A stretch of DNA of 64,000 bases from Octopus vulgaris. Lineage: Eukaryota. The position numbers were made by a program, and so were the translations under genes. Below are positions 13,500 to 25,472 of the stretch, piece after piece (position 1 is the stretch's first letter; each line of letters starts with the position of its first letter). The DNA lies in NCBI GenBank assembly GCA_951406725.2, contig OX597820.1:29636001-29700000 (forward strand), written 5' to 3'. The notes below the pieces were generated by a model. That model did no database searches. It was not told the DNA's origin and saw only the letters and a program-made list of their open reading frames with translations.

Positions 13500-16400
13500 C
13501 GATGTATAATCAATCTACGTTCCTATTTTGGTTACAATTTGTCTCATGATGACGAAATTTTGTGACAGATATCTAACTGAACTTGCTACATCCCCATACT
13601 ATAATATACATGCAGGTTTCATTTTATTCGTGTCACTCAGATTTGATATGAAACCCTGTTGTAACTAAGCATGGTTCCAGTCCCGAAGCAACAGTTTATT
13701 AAATAAAATTTAAATGATTTTATATTTAGACTCATCTTGATTGTAGGCACCTGAAGAAATATTAGCAGACTTTCTAAACTGAGTTCACAATGCGACCCTA
13801 GATCTTTGCAATTCTTGTTTATATTTCTGTTGCTGAACAGCGACACCTAAGGTACATACAAATTGCCTGGTTTTCAACTTGGAAGGCTACACTCTAAACC
13901 AAATTTCTTTTACAAGGTCCCGCAGAGCTCTGGAATTAAAAGCTTCGAGTTTGACGGATCATTTTGCCCTCTGTTATCTAGAAAGTTTCTGTTTTATTTC
14001 ATTTCTCATACTGTAACTCACTCTCTATTTGTCCTTTGACTGCCTTCTACTTCACATTATCTTTGCGTGACAACGAACAAACACACATAGCTAATTATTA
14101 TATGTGGATAATTATGATTTGGATGTTCTATTCACCACAAAGTTTCAGCCCAGCTTGCAAGCGATCATTGATCAATGATCGTAAGCGGGTTAAAAAAAAC
14201 AACAACTTGAAGGGCTTTTAAATCACAAGCAGTATTATGGAAGTTTATGATAATGGCCTTCGACTTGCTTTTGAACATGATACATCCGATAACCAAGAAA
14301 TTATTTATGTAAATTTTGATTCGTAACCTACCTTATCACCTCTTGCCCCAACTACTTGATTCTGTTTATCAACCATGTTAATGCATGGTTTCAAGTTTCA
14401 CTATCGTATCGAAGTTTTCATGAATTGGTTTCACAGATTCCGTCCGGGAACTCCACTGAGTTTCAAATTCAGATTTACAAATACTATTATGGCGTCTTTC
14501 TTCTTTCACTAACGGAGTGTCCAGCAAGAGAAGAATAAATAATCGAATGAATTGCTTTATATATGGTTAGCAGTACGCATTCCAACAAAATTGAGTGGAT
14601 GATTACTGCAGTTTACAAAAATAACTTTGCGATATTTTTTCCTCTGTTGAAGATTGTTTTCATAACCAGCCATAACTGCAGCATTGCCACAGCATTGTGA
14701 CCGACAGTTTTACAATGGCCTTTCGTCTCTTCCAATTTGGACGATAATTTCTGCTATCATATTTCCAACATCCTTTCATTTTGATTGGACGAATTCATGA
14801 AAAGATGTTTGCTAAAAACAGTTGTTGTCTCTTCGAAATCATTATCCATGTAATGCTTTGGATGTCCATCTGGAGTAGAGTCAAACAGGAGGCCAAAATA
14901 CTTAGACTTACGAATAAATGTTATATAGACATATGTGGTGAATTGTAGAATCCAGCAATTGAATGAATTTCATTTGTGGTGTGCAAGAGAAACGTTTGTG
15001 CTGGTATGGTCATGTACTGCGGATGGATGAGGAGAGATGTGTGAAGAAGTGCCACTCCCAAACAGTTGAAGGTATCCGGGGGAGAAGTAGACCTAGGAAG
15101 ACATGGGATGAGGTGGTCAACCATGACCTTCGAACGTTGGGCCTCACAGAGGCAATGATGAAAGACTGAGATCTCTGGAGATATGCTGTGACTGCGAAGA
15201 CCCGGCAAATAACATGAGTTCATGGCTGTTTCCTGCACCAGTTTCACATAGCAGGCCCAGCCCACCCAAAGTACCTTGAATTGCAGAACGACCTGCTGTG
15301 CTTACCTCGGATCGTAGGGTGACCTGCTGTGCTTGAGGAGACCTATTGAGTCAAGTACATCAACATCAAAATAAATATCAAATGGAAATTGTAGCCGGCG
15401 GCACGTAAAAAGCGCCATCCGAACGTGGCCGATGCCAGCGCTGCATTGACTTGCTTCTGTGCCGGTGGCACGTAAAAAGCAGCAACCGATCGTGAACGCT
15501 GCCAGACTCCCCTGGCACCTGTGCCGGTGGCACGTAAAAAGCACCTACTACACTCACGGAGTTAGGAAGGAAACACTGCTAGATCAGGCTGGAGCCTGGT
15601 GTAGCCTCCTGGCTTTCCCAGACCCTAGTCGAACCGTCCAACTCGTGCTAGCACGGAAAACGGACGTTAAACGATGGTGATGATGATGATGATGATGATG
15701 ACTAACGGAAGGAAATATATTCTTCCAGGATTACTTTTCCCCCGTTACTGAGATGCACTTCAACGAAAGGACCAAACTTTGCCAACAATTTAAGTAACCC
15801 AGCGAAATCTTTCGAAATTACTGTCCTGTTCCTGTCAATACGATTTCACATTTCCACACAGTGCCAGGTTTTGTGGTGCTAAACTTTATGCAATGGAGAA
15901 TTCTGTGGAGAATATCTCGCCATTTTTAAATGTTATCTGAGCTTGAAGATATATGTCAATGATTCCACAATTTTCTAAAAGATTTCTATGACCTTTCACT
16001 TATTTCGAAAATACCAAATCTAATGTAAACGTTTCTGTCTGCATGGCCTCGGACAAATTAAAATTTTCTTAAATATTTTGTTCCACTCCAAAGTAATTTA
16101 AACTGTTATGTTGAGTAGCATTTTAATATAGACTGGGCTATGTTTTTCTGTTTTACGACATTCAAAAATTAAGTATTTTCTATCTCTTAGAAAGATGCAA
16201 CCAGCCTAGTGTCTTCATACTATACTATTACCTGCTGAACGATACCGAAACTAAACCTCTTAGGTCGATAGTGTACATTAGCGCCGAAATCTAATTTGAA
16301 TTGCATAAAAATTGATTCTGGAAAGATATTCCGTCCGGTACGGAGTTGGCTTAATTTACACTCATTTCTGATGCTGTCAATACTGATGTAAAACAAGGTT

Positions 16401-16700
16401 GTTCATGAAATGACATTACAAAGCTCCAGATTTGTTTGGCTTCTGCTTCTTGCATTTTTCTTTTATTCTTGGCTTCTACGGCGCACAATTCTATTATAAA
16501 GACATTATAATGCGACTGCATGCCGCAGAAGCTAATATCCGCCGTTTTAAGGGTAATTTCTATTGAAGCCAGAACAAGAATTGTCTTTAAAAATTATAGA
16601 TATTTGCACTCTTTGGTGGTTGTAGAAAAATAGTCTCACATAATGCAGTCGCAATAATTTTCTGACCATTATATCAATTGCAGCGAGCAAGATACATATT
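13500..16700 (-). pseudogene. Fossil hAT transposase (ZMYM1/Tip100-like)
   Basis: Frame-shifted minus-strand motifs in the expected order: KWRDILHRILHCIKF, LAPQNLALCG, LLKLLAKFGPFVEVHL, KYFGLLFDSTPD (first catalytic D), NCRSQCCGNAAVMAG, VIFVNCSNHPLN (CxxH), YLFFS, ETQWSSRTESVK (TRW motif). Interrupted by an RTE at 14974-15701. Confidence 0.85.
14974..15701 (+). mobile_element. 5'-truncated RTE LINE (ORF end plus 3' UTR plus (GAT)n) inserted in the hAT fossil
   Basis: Translates CGVQEKRLCWYGHVLRMDEERCVKKCHSQTVEGIRGRSRPRKTWDEVVNHDL; the 3' UTR ends in GATGATGATG. Confidence 0.9.
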
Positions 16701-16724
16701 AGCCATTAAAAAACACAAGTTGTT

Positions 16725-16895
16725 AACTTTACTTAGACATTTACTATTTGGTGTCTAAAAACTTCCATCGCATGAACTACAACCTTGTCACCGACAAGAT
16801 TACACTGCATATCTCTTGTCAGTGACCATGTCGCAGTTCAAGCGGCGAAAATTGTCACACCACATTACAAACAATAAACGTTTAAGGGTAGAGGC
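16725..16895. repeat. Imperfect long inverted repeat (MITE-like hairpin)
   Basis: CGCATGAACTACAACCTTGTCACCGACAAGA versus the reverse complement of TCTTGTCAGTGACCATGTCGCAGTTCAAGCG (25/31 identical), with weaker similarity extending outward. Confidence 0.65.
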
Positions 16896-17388
16896 GAGCT
16901 GGCAGAATCGTTAACAGGCCGGGTAAAATGCTTAGCGATATTTCGTCTGTCTTCATGTTCTGAGTTCAAATTCCGCCTTTCATCCTTTCTAGGTCGATAA
17001 AATAAGTACCAGTTGAACACTGGGGTTGATCCAATCGACTAGCTCCCATTCTCGAAATTGCTGGTCTTGTCCCGAAACCAATATATTGAACCGACCTTTA
17101 AAGTTTATTAATATTTTTTCCTGTTTTTATCTTCCCTCTGCTTAAATGATTATGATTTTCGTAATTAGCATGAAAAATCTGAGTAAAAAGTTACCAAAAC
17201 ATCGGATCAGTTATACAAAACCGAAAATACCTGGGCTGTGAGTTTTCATGCTTTTGTTTTTCTGTCTTTTGTTTTTAGAGAGTAGGTCACCGTCAGATAG
17301 TCACGGTTCCTTCCGTGGCTCTCAGACTTCAGGACCAATAATGTTAGCTGCCTCCACCCAACACACACTCACTAATATCTGTATACAT

Positions 17389-17543
17389 CAGTGCACCGTA
17401 ATCTTTTTTTACTTGCGGTACATTTATATTCTTTTCAAAAGCACACCTAGGGAAAAAAATATATATTCAGGTTATACTTCGGCACACTTAGCATCGTCTC
17501 GTGGCACACCAGTGTGCCGCGGCATATCAGTTGCAGAGCACTA
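17389..17543. mobile_element. Possible hAT/Charlie-type MITE
   Basis: CAGTGC...GCACTA ends and a subterminal GGCACACCAGTGTGCCGCGGCA palindrome typical of Charlie MITEs. No clear TSD. Confidence 0.4.
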
Positions 17544-17742
17544 AAATATATATATAATACTAATTGCATTACATCATAGTTACATTATACAAACTTACAT
17601 CATGTCTGAGCAACACCTATGCTGATTACTCGCATATAAGATCAGAATTGATTTGGGTTCAAAAATCAAATCAAAATCCATGATATTGGACTTTTTGGTA
17701 GTTGGACAATTCGTCGACAGACAGTTGGCCGATAGGACAATT

Positions 17743-17860
17743 GTGTGGTAGGGTGCAGAGTGCTGTTGCCAGACATAGGGTGTTCCAGCAGCAAGTCTCT
17801 CGACCCAGGGCAGCACAACCTCCTCCAGGCACTTGATGAAGGCCTCCGTGTTGAGTCTGA
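17743..17860 (-). mobile_element. Tc1/mariner-superfamily transposase fragment
   Basis: Translates LRLNTEAFIKCLEEVVLPWVERLAAGTPYVWQQHSAPYH (the QQDxAPxH second-D motif, here with D replaced by H). Confidence 0.75.
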
Positions 17861-18039
17861 GACTGTGTGGGAATTGTCTGTCGGCGAATTATCTGATCAG
17901 GGGACTTTTAACGATTACGTAATATCTTTTTCAGAAAACTTAGGTAAACATAACGAATGATATGTCTATCAGTTTCGCTACGGATCATTAATATATAGCA
18001 ACGAAGCAAATCCTGCCACTGTCACTTGACATGAAATGG

Positions 18040-18310
18040 TAGTCCAGTACAAGAAATCACGTTCTTTATGGTAATCTTCCAAGAGTTACAACCACTATAA
18101 TGAAAGGAGGAGTGAGCTTTTGTGAACATTGCTTTCGTTGCAGCGATGAAGTAATGATCCACATGCTGGCTAGGGGCCTAGGGGTCGTTCTGCCACGACA
18201 TTTATTAATCAACTGGTTGAAGATACTTGTCTATTGAAGAGCGATCTATCAAGAAAAAATGCAGGACCGGGAATTCTAGAGACAAAGTAGTCAATAGTAT
18301 TCGTCTGTGG
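18040..18310 (+). mobile_element. RTE-group (Proto2/RTEX-like) LINE 3' fragment
   Basis: Translates LYGNLPRVTTTIMK..FCEHCFRCSDEV...RGRSATTFINQLVEDT...MQDREF, followed by (AGC/AGT)n. Confidence 0.65.
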
Positions 18311-18667
18311 ACGACGCAGCAGTAGTAAAAGCAGCAGCAGTAGCAGTAGTAGTAGTACCAGCAGCATCAAGAGTAGTAAAAGCAGCAGCAGCAGCAGCAG
18401 GAGCAGTAGTAGTAGTAGTAGTAGGTCTTTGTTGGCTTCAGGATCTTTTGTTAACCAAGGCACTAAGTGGTGTTTTAAAGTATACAATCGAGTGTCTTCA
18501 TTTATCATTTATAGTATTACATAGAGAGTGAATGTATTCGATAGTGAAACTAAATCTATTGGTTCAATATTGTACTTTAGCGTCGAAAATTAAATTTGAA
18601 TCTTATGACATATATTTCCATCGTTTACATACTTATTACATGGAGAAAGTAGATATATAGATATATA

Positions 18668-18896
18668 TTTCTTTATCGCCCACAGGAGGCTAAACACAGA
18701 GGGGACACACAAGGAAAGACAAACGGATTAAGTCGGTTACATCGACACCTAGTGCGTTACTGGTACTTAATTTATCGACCCCGAAAGGATAAAAGGCAAA
18801 GTCGACCTCGGCGGAATTTGAACTCAGAACGTAACGGCAGCCGAAATACCGCTAAGCATTTCGCCCAACGTGCTAACGATTTTGCCAGCTCGCCGC
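18668..18896 (-). mobile_element. Family B (Nin/Deu-like) SINE
   Basis: Reverse complement of 9834-10066. Further copies at 16892-17080, 20648-20888, 31040-31185, 33135-33290, 44465-44640 and 59388-59590. Confidence 0.9.
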
Positions 18897-19053
18897 ATGT
18901 GGTTAGGAGCTTGCTTCCCAACCAGATGGTTCCGGGTTCAGTCCCACTGGCTGGTATCTTGAGTAAGTGTCTTCTGTTATAGCCTCGAGCCGACCAAGGC
19001 CTTGTGAGTGGATTTGGTTGACGGAAACTGAAAGAAGCCCGTCATATACATAC

Positions 19054-19084
<31 letters not shown>

Positions 19085-19263
19085 TGTATGTATGTATGTA
19101 TGTATGTATGTATGTATGTATATGTTTGTGTGTCTGTGTTTGTCCTCCCACCATCGCTTGGCAACCGATGTTGGTGTGTTTACGACCCTGTAACTTAGCA
19201 GTTCGGTAAAAGAGACTGATAGAATAAGTACTAGGCTTACAATAGCATGGCCTGAGTAAAAGA

Positions 19264-19296
<33 letters not shown>

Positions 19297-19890
19297 TGTA
19301 TGTGTGTGTATGAATATACATATTTGCGTATACATTCACATTTATACAAGCATACACATACTTGCACGCAAACATAGACACACACACACACACACTGATC
19401 TACATTACATTTATACATAGGCGCAGGCATCGATCGCAGTGTGGTTATGGTGGTCTTGGGTTCTGTCCCACTGCGCCGTATCTTGGTCATGTGTCTATAA
19501 CTGTAGTGGTGGGACAAACAAAGCCTTATGAGTGGGTTTGGTAGACAACTGAACGAAACCCGTCCATCGTGTATGCATGCGTATATAAATACAGAGAGCG
19601 GGGTGGGGACAGCGAGAGAGGGAGAGAGAGGGGTGGGGAGAGCGAGAGAGGGAGAGAGAGAGAGATTCATTTGTGTCTGGGTGTCTGTGTTTGACTCCAG
19701 CACTGCTTGACAAACGGTGTTATTTTGTACACTGTCCCGTGAATTGGGGCTTCGGCCAAAGAAGCCGATAGAATAAGTACAGGGCTTTTAGAAAGAAAAT
19801 AAGTGCTGGGTTCGATTTGTTCAACTGGACCCTAAAAGACAATGTCCCAGCATAGTCGCTGTCCAATTATTAAAACAAGCAAAATATTAA
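18897..19890 (+). mobile_element. Two family A SINEs (the second is older and more diverged)
   Basis: Heads at ~18898 and ~19419, each followed by a microsatellite and tail. Confidence 0.8.
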
Positions 19891-19924
19891 AAAAAAACTA
19901 TGTGTGTGTGTGTGTGTGTGTGTG

Positions 19925-20240
19925 ATTCCCAGACCGGGCGTTGTGAGTGTTTATTGAGCGAAAACACCTAATGCTCCATGAGGCTCCGGCAGGGATGGTG
20001 GTGATCCCTGCTGTACTCTTTCACCACAACTTTCTCTCACTCTTACTTCCTGTTTCTGTTGTACCTGTATTTCAAAGGGACGGCCTTGTCACTCTCTGTG
20101 TCACGCTGAATATCCCCGAGAACTACGTTAAGGGTACACGTGTCTGGAATGCTCAGCCACTTACACGTTAATTTCACGAGCAGGCTGTTCCGTTGGTCGG
20201 ATCAACCGGAACCCTCATCGTCGTAACCGACGGAGTGCTT

Positions 20241-20243
<3 letters not shown>
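19925..20243 (+). mobile_element. Family C SINE (5'-truncated), tail variant 1
   Basis: Shares CCCAGACCGGGCGTTGTG..TTGAGCGAAAACACCTAA..CAACTTTCTCTCACTC with the other family C copies, then a unique tail ending CCGACGGAGTGCTTCCA. Confidence 0.8.
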
Positions 20244-20280
<37 letters not shown>

Positions 20281-20615
20281 CCTTGCGCTGTCTTACTACA
20301 CTCGTCTGATAGTCGAAATACCCTTTCAGGTGTCTACTTATTTGTTTTCATATAGTATGTGCATTCGTTTACCTTACCCAGGGGTTAATGCTTTTAGCTT
20401 GAGTCCTTGGTCCAGCCGGTTTCGAGTAATATCGGAAATAAATGAGCGAAACTATATGGACATTCCAGATTTCGACTGAAGAGGCAATTGGCTGCGAATG
20501 ATCCGTGTATCGTGGTTTGTCCTGTTTGCCGTTGTCGTCCTTTTCCTGCATGTTGTGTTTTGACGGTTTCCGATTGTTGTGTTTTTTTTTTGTGTTCTAC
20601 CTTTGATTTATATAT

Positions 20616-20647
<32 letters not shown>

Positions 20648-20892
20648 TATTTCTTTATTGCCCACAAGGGGCTAAACATAGAGGGAGCAAACAAGGACAG
20701 ACAAAGGGATTAAGTGGATTACAACGACTCCAGTGCGTAACTGGTACTTAATTTATCGACCCCGAAAGGATGAAAGGATGAAAGGCAAAGTCGACCCCGG
20801 CGGAATTTGAACTCAGAACGTAACAGCAGACCCTATACGGCAACGCATTTCGCCCAGCGTGCTAACGTTTCTGCCAGCTCGCCGCCTTTATT

Positions 20893-20930
<38 letters not shown>

Positions 20931-20961
20931 CACACACCTTTATATATACCTTTACACACAC

Positions 20962-21002
<41 letters not shown>

Positions 21003-21735
21003 CACACATACCGCACACACACACACAACCACACACCGGTTGTAATATTTCCCAGCCCAGACAAGCTCGCTATCAATATTGTGATGCGGTGACGTAATGC
21101 GTGAGTCAACTATTTTTTAGCTAAATAATGTTGTAGTCATCGTTCTTTGTCTTTAGGACAATGGCGTAATTTCGTGGCTGTTTTACTAATAACAAAACAT
21201 TGTGCTTCCCGGGACTATCCTACTCATCTTCCTGCTGTTTGGCACTGTCGGACAGAATGATACATTGTAATCTTCTGTTGATCCATTTAGCATTTGTAAT
21301 ACGGAGTCATGGAAATACAAGAGGATGTGAAGAAAGTGGTGGTGGTTGTGGTGCTGGTGGTGGTGATGGTTTGCGTTGGCAAAAATTATTTAGTTGATGG
21401 TTTGGGAGTTTGAGTAAGTTTGTATTATGCCGTAAAAATAAAGAGAAGTTTCATATTTAGGTGATTGCCTCTTTGTCTGTGAGTGATAAACAATGATTTT
21501 TCAGTCTGTGTTACACGAACGGCGTAATGCGAAATATTAGTCGCTTTCACCATCATCACCACCATTAACACAAAACTATAATAGAATACAAATTTAACTT
21601 CACTATATTTGTGTGTGTGTACGTACGTACATACATATGAGTATATGCATACATGCATGTACACACAAAATGCAGACACATACGTACGCACAGATAAACA
21701 GTATGTTGTTTAGTAATGATCTGGACTTTTTTCTT

Positions 21736-22047
21736 TGTCGCCCTTTTCAAGCCTAGCCAGACTCATGGGCCCGGTTCCCCCGTTTCTGTGGCATATGTGT
21801 TTCCTCCAGCTGGACGGGACGCCAGTCCATCACAGCGTTACTCAAGAAACATGAAGAGAGAGAGTGAGAGAAAGTTGTGGCGAAAGAGTACAACAGGGGT
21901 CGTCACCACCATCCCCTGCCGGATCGTCGTGGAGCTTTTAGGTGTTTTCGCTCAATAAACACACACACAACGCCCGGTCTGGGAATCGAAACCGCGATCC
22001 TCCGACAGCGAGTCCTCTGCCCTAACCACTGGGCCATTGCGCCTCCA
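21736..22047 (-). mobile_element. Family C SINE, V-like tail variant 2
   Basis: Head GGAGGCGCAATGGCCCAGTGGTTAGGGCAG, B box GGTTTCGATTCCC, GATGGACTGGCGTCCCGTCCAG motif. Confidence 0.9.
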
Positions 22048-22549
22048 CATGGATCTGGAGTAGAAAGTATTCAATACACACGTTGATGGTATCTATGTTC
22101 GTTTCTTTGGCTTTTCGCGATTTCCACTTAAAGATTTACCAAAATAGCTATGTGCACCAATAATTATTAGTTTAAATGTGAATTTAGAATCTGGGTAGAG
22201 CAACTGCAGGTTTCCAAGTTTTCTTTCTCGCTAATTTTGAAAGGAACTATGGTAACTCTTTACTTCTGCTCTTGTCTCTCTTTGAAGGTGAAATTTTACC
22301 GAAAAAAGCGAGTGATTTCCGATAGATTTAACGATCACACTCGTTCAATAGAAATCTTAAACCATAAGAAAAACATAAATTTCACCCTCGAATTGAGACG
22401 GCCGTTATGGTAAATTTTTGTTGTTATATCCATCTCACTTTGAAGGTGAATTTTACCCTGAAGAACGTGTAGTTTCTGGCAGTTTTTGTAGTCAGAATTG
22501 CTCAGAACACATAATAAAATCATATTAAAAACGAATGGTGCCACTTTGG

Positions 22550-22810
22550 CCTGCAGCCTACCTGACCATTCACACTTTAGCGTGCTGTCCTAACCCTAAA
22601 CGTATTTCTGAATCCTAACCCAAAACCCTGACCCTAACTCTAACTCTAATCTTAAACCCTGACCCCAACCCTAAACTCTAAACCCAAATCTGAACCCTTA
22701 TTCTAATCCCAAATTCTAACCCCCAAACCCTAATCCTATTCCTAACCTAGATCAGGTCATTTCACAGCCTAGACTGCGGATACTGCGGTAGTTGGCACGC
22801 TAAAGCAGCA
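22550..22810 (-). mobile_element. Non-autonomous element with 11-bp sub-terminal IRs and a degenerate (TTAGGG)n core
   Basis: CTTTAGCGTGC (22575-22585) and GCACGCTAAAG (22795-22805) flank ~160 bp of CCCTAA-like repeats. Homologous to 55684-55800. Confidence 0.65.
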
Positions 22811-22919
22811 CCAAAAGCAAAATTCACCTTCAAAGTGAGATGAGTGTAATAGTAAAAATTTACTGAAATTATGTACAGTCATAGAAGATATCTGACCTCT
22901 ATGACTATACATAATTTTA

Positions 22920-23330
22920 TCTTTGTCTCAAACAACTATATCAGGCCTGTTATGTTTGCTTTTCGCAGACGATTTGATAGGAATGTTCCACCATATTCCA
23001 TGTGTTGATACGTATGTATGTATTTACTGACAATAGCATTTTCAAAAATTATCCCGGAGAAGTCTTTGTTCCAAATGGAATAGCAAACTGTTTAAGCAAC
23101 AACTTTATTCTACGTTGAAAGATAGTAACTAAATGACATTTTTTGGATGAGAATTTTTGGATTCTTCGTATAATGTCCTCCACAGAAATGTAACATAATC
23201 GATATTTATGGACGCAAGTTGGAAGTGTACGATCGTCGTTGTCTCTTTTGTTCATTAAGTATCTTGGAGCAATATCTTACTCTTGTATTGTGAAAAAGGA
23301 TAACCTTGAAAATGGAAGTGCTGTAATGTT
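22920..23330 (-). mobile_element. RLE-type non-LTR retrotransposon fragment (R4/Dong-like)
   Basis: Translates TIQE*DIAPRYLMNKRD...TCVHKYRLCYISVEDI (degenerate zinc knuckle) and EYWWNIPIKSSAKSKHNRPDIVV (RPD endonuclease motif, across a frameshift). Confidence 0.75.
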
Positions 23331-23679
23331 CATGGGTTGACCCAAGAATAGGACTAGTGTTTTTTTTATCGTTCCTAGAAAGGATGAAAACTAGAGTTGA
23401 CCTCGGCGAAATTTCATATCAGAGCGAAGAGAGGCAGATCTAATATTGCAAGGCATTCTCTATCTTCTACTATAATGACTCCACCAGTTTGCTTGTGGAT
23501 CAACGTATTTTAACCTCTATTCATATTGAGAAACTTTGTACCATGCACCATTTAACTTTGAAGATTCAACAAAAGAAATGAACTTTTTTTGACCTGCTTC
23601 GACCAGTTGATACTTGATTGAGATCTGATTTGTGAACTTTAAGACAGATCATCCTCACATATGATGTTCATATCAAGAA

Positions 23680-24200
23680 AAATACCACCACACCACACTT
23701 CCTCTAAATATGTGCGTTACTCAGCTACAGCCCTCACACTCGCTCCAAATGTTGAACCTCGCTATCAACAAAGATCTCTCCTAGCGAAAGCATAGGCAGA
23801 AGATATTTCAGCCCAAACAGCTACTGATATTCTATAAGGCTCAACTGAAGCGCACAATGGAGTACTGCGCCAACATCTGGGGCGATGCTGCTATTACATG
23901 CACACACATCCTGAACCGCAACCAGAGAAAGGCCACTCGACTGATTGGCACTCAGTCACCACGGACACGCTCCAGACTCTGTCCCCGAGGCGTGTAGTCT
24001 TTTCTATCAGTACTATCATGGTCTGTGATCCTCAGATCTGGCTGATCCCGTAACTCCACCAATCAGGCACCCCCGACCCCGCACTAACCATTATGGCCAG
24101 TCCTTTTTATTCAGATCATCACCCCACTGGAATCTTCTTCCTACTCATCTCTTTCTTATAGGCGTTAACTTGCAACAGTTCCATCCATTATTCTTCCCTT
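23680..24200 (+). mobile_element. CR1/L2/Jockey-group LINE RT C-terminal fragment
   Basis: Translates FSPKQLLIFYKAQLKRTMEYCANIWGDAAITCTHILNRNQRKATRLIG (the LYKxxIRPxLEYCxxIW motif). Confidence 0.8.
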
Positions 24201-24526
24201 CTCACTGTTCCTGGGAGGGTTGTGGAAGTAGAATTCTCACACACCTCCTCCATAGGGTCCTATCAGAAGCCACCATTATTACACTTATCGGCTGGATTCC
24301 CAAATGTGACTATGGATATTATCTAGCCATCTTATCCTTTGTCTATTCCTAGGTCTTCTGCCGACTGACACGGCTTGAAGAATGCGTCTTTCGACTCTTT
24401 CCCGCGGCATTCTAATAACATGCAACAGTTTAAACGGAACATTAATGGCGTCAACTTCGTTAGACTCAGGCGGCTTGCGAATATCATGGACTCCACCTTA
24501 TTTTCCAGGTTCAGCAAAGAAAATAA

Positions 24527-25318
24527 GCGTGGCTGTGTGGTAAGAAGCTTGCTTCCCAACCACATGGTTCCGGGTTCAATCCCCACTGTGTGGCACCTTG
24601 AGCAAGAGTCTTTTACTATGGCCTCGGGTTGACCAAAACATTGAGTGGATTTGGTTGACGGAAACTGAAAGAAGCCCGTCGTATGTATGTGTGTGTTTTG
24701 TGTTTGTGTTGACACCCCCCCAACATCGCTTGACAACCGATGTTGGTGTGTTTATGTTCCCGCAACTTAGCGGTTCGGCAAAAGGGCCCGATAGAATAAC
24801 TACTAGGCTTACAAAGGATAAATCCCGGGATCGATTTCTTCGACTAAAACCATTTAAGTTGGTGCTCCAGCATGGCCGCAGTCAAATGACTGAAACATGT
24901 AAAAGAATAAAAGCATACTCCCTCTCTCTTTTTACTTGTTTCAGTCATTTGGCTGCAGCCATGCTGGAGCACCACCTTTAGTCGAGCAAATCGACCCAGG
25001 ACTTTTTCTTTGTAAGCCTAGTACTTATACTATCGGGTTCTTTTGCCGAACTGCTAAGTTACGGAGACATAAACACACACCAGCATCGGTTGTCAAGCGA
25101 TGTTGGGGGACAAACACAGACACAAACATATAAACACACACACACACACACATATACGACGGACTTCTTTCAGTTTCCGTCTACCAAATCCACTCACAAG
25201 GCTTTGGTCGGCCCAAGGCTATAGTAGAAGACAGTTGCCCAAGGTGCGACACAGTGGGACTGAACCCGGAACTACGTGGTTGGTAAGCAAGCTACTTACC
25301 ACACTCCCACTCCTGCGC
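24527..25318. mobile_element. Two family A SINEs tail-to-tail (24527-24912 plus; 24925-25318 minus)
   Basis: Two full-length copies in opposite orientation separated by ~10-15 bp. Confidence 0.9.
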
Positions 25319-25472
25319 AAATAAAAGGAAATGAAATAAAATGAAATAAAGTAACCAGCAGAAAACAGAGATGATTACCTTTGCTATCAGTAATCTCTTC
25401 TCAATTTTCCTCATGAGTAAGAATGACTGGATGAAACTTTTAGATCCAAATATACAATCCCAGATATATTTT

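Noticed and set aside
22588-22750. True telomere or chromosome-fusion relic
   Set aside because: Short, highly degenerate, single orientation, and enclosed in an element with a second copy at 55684.
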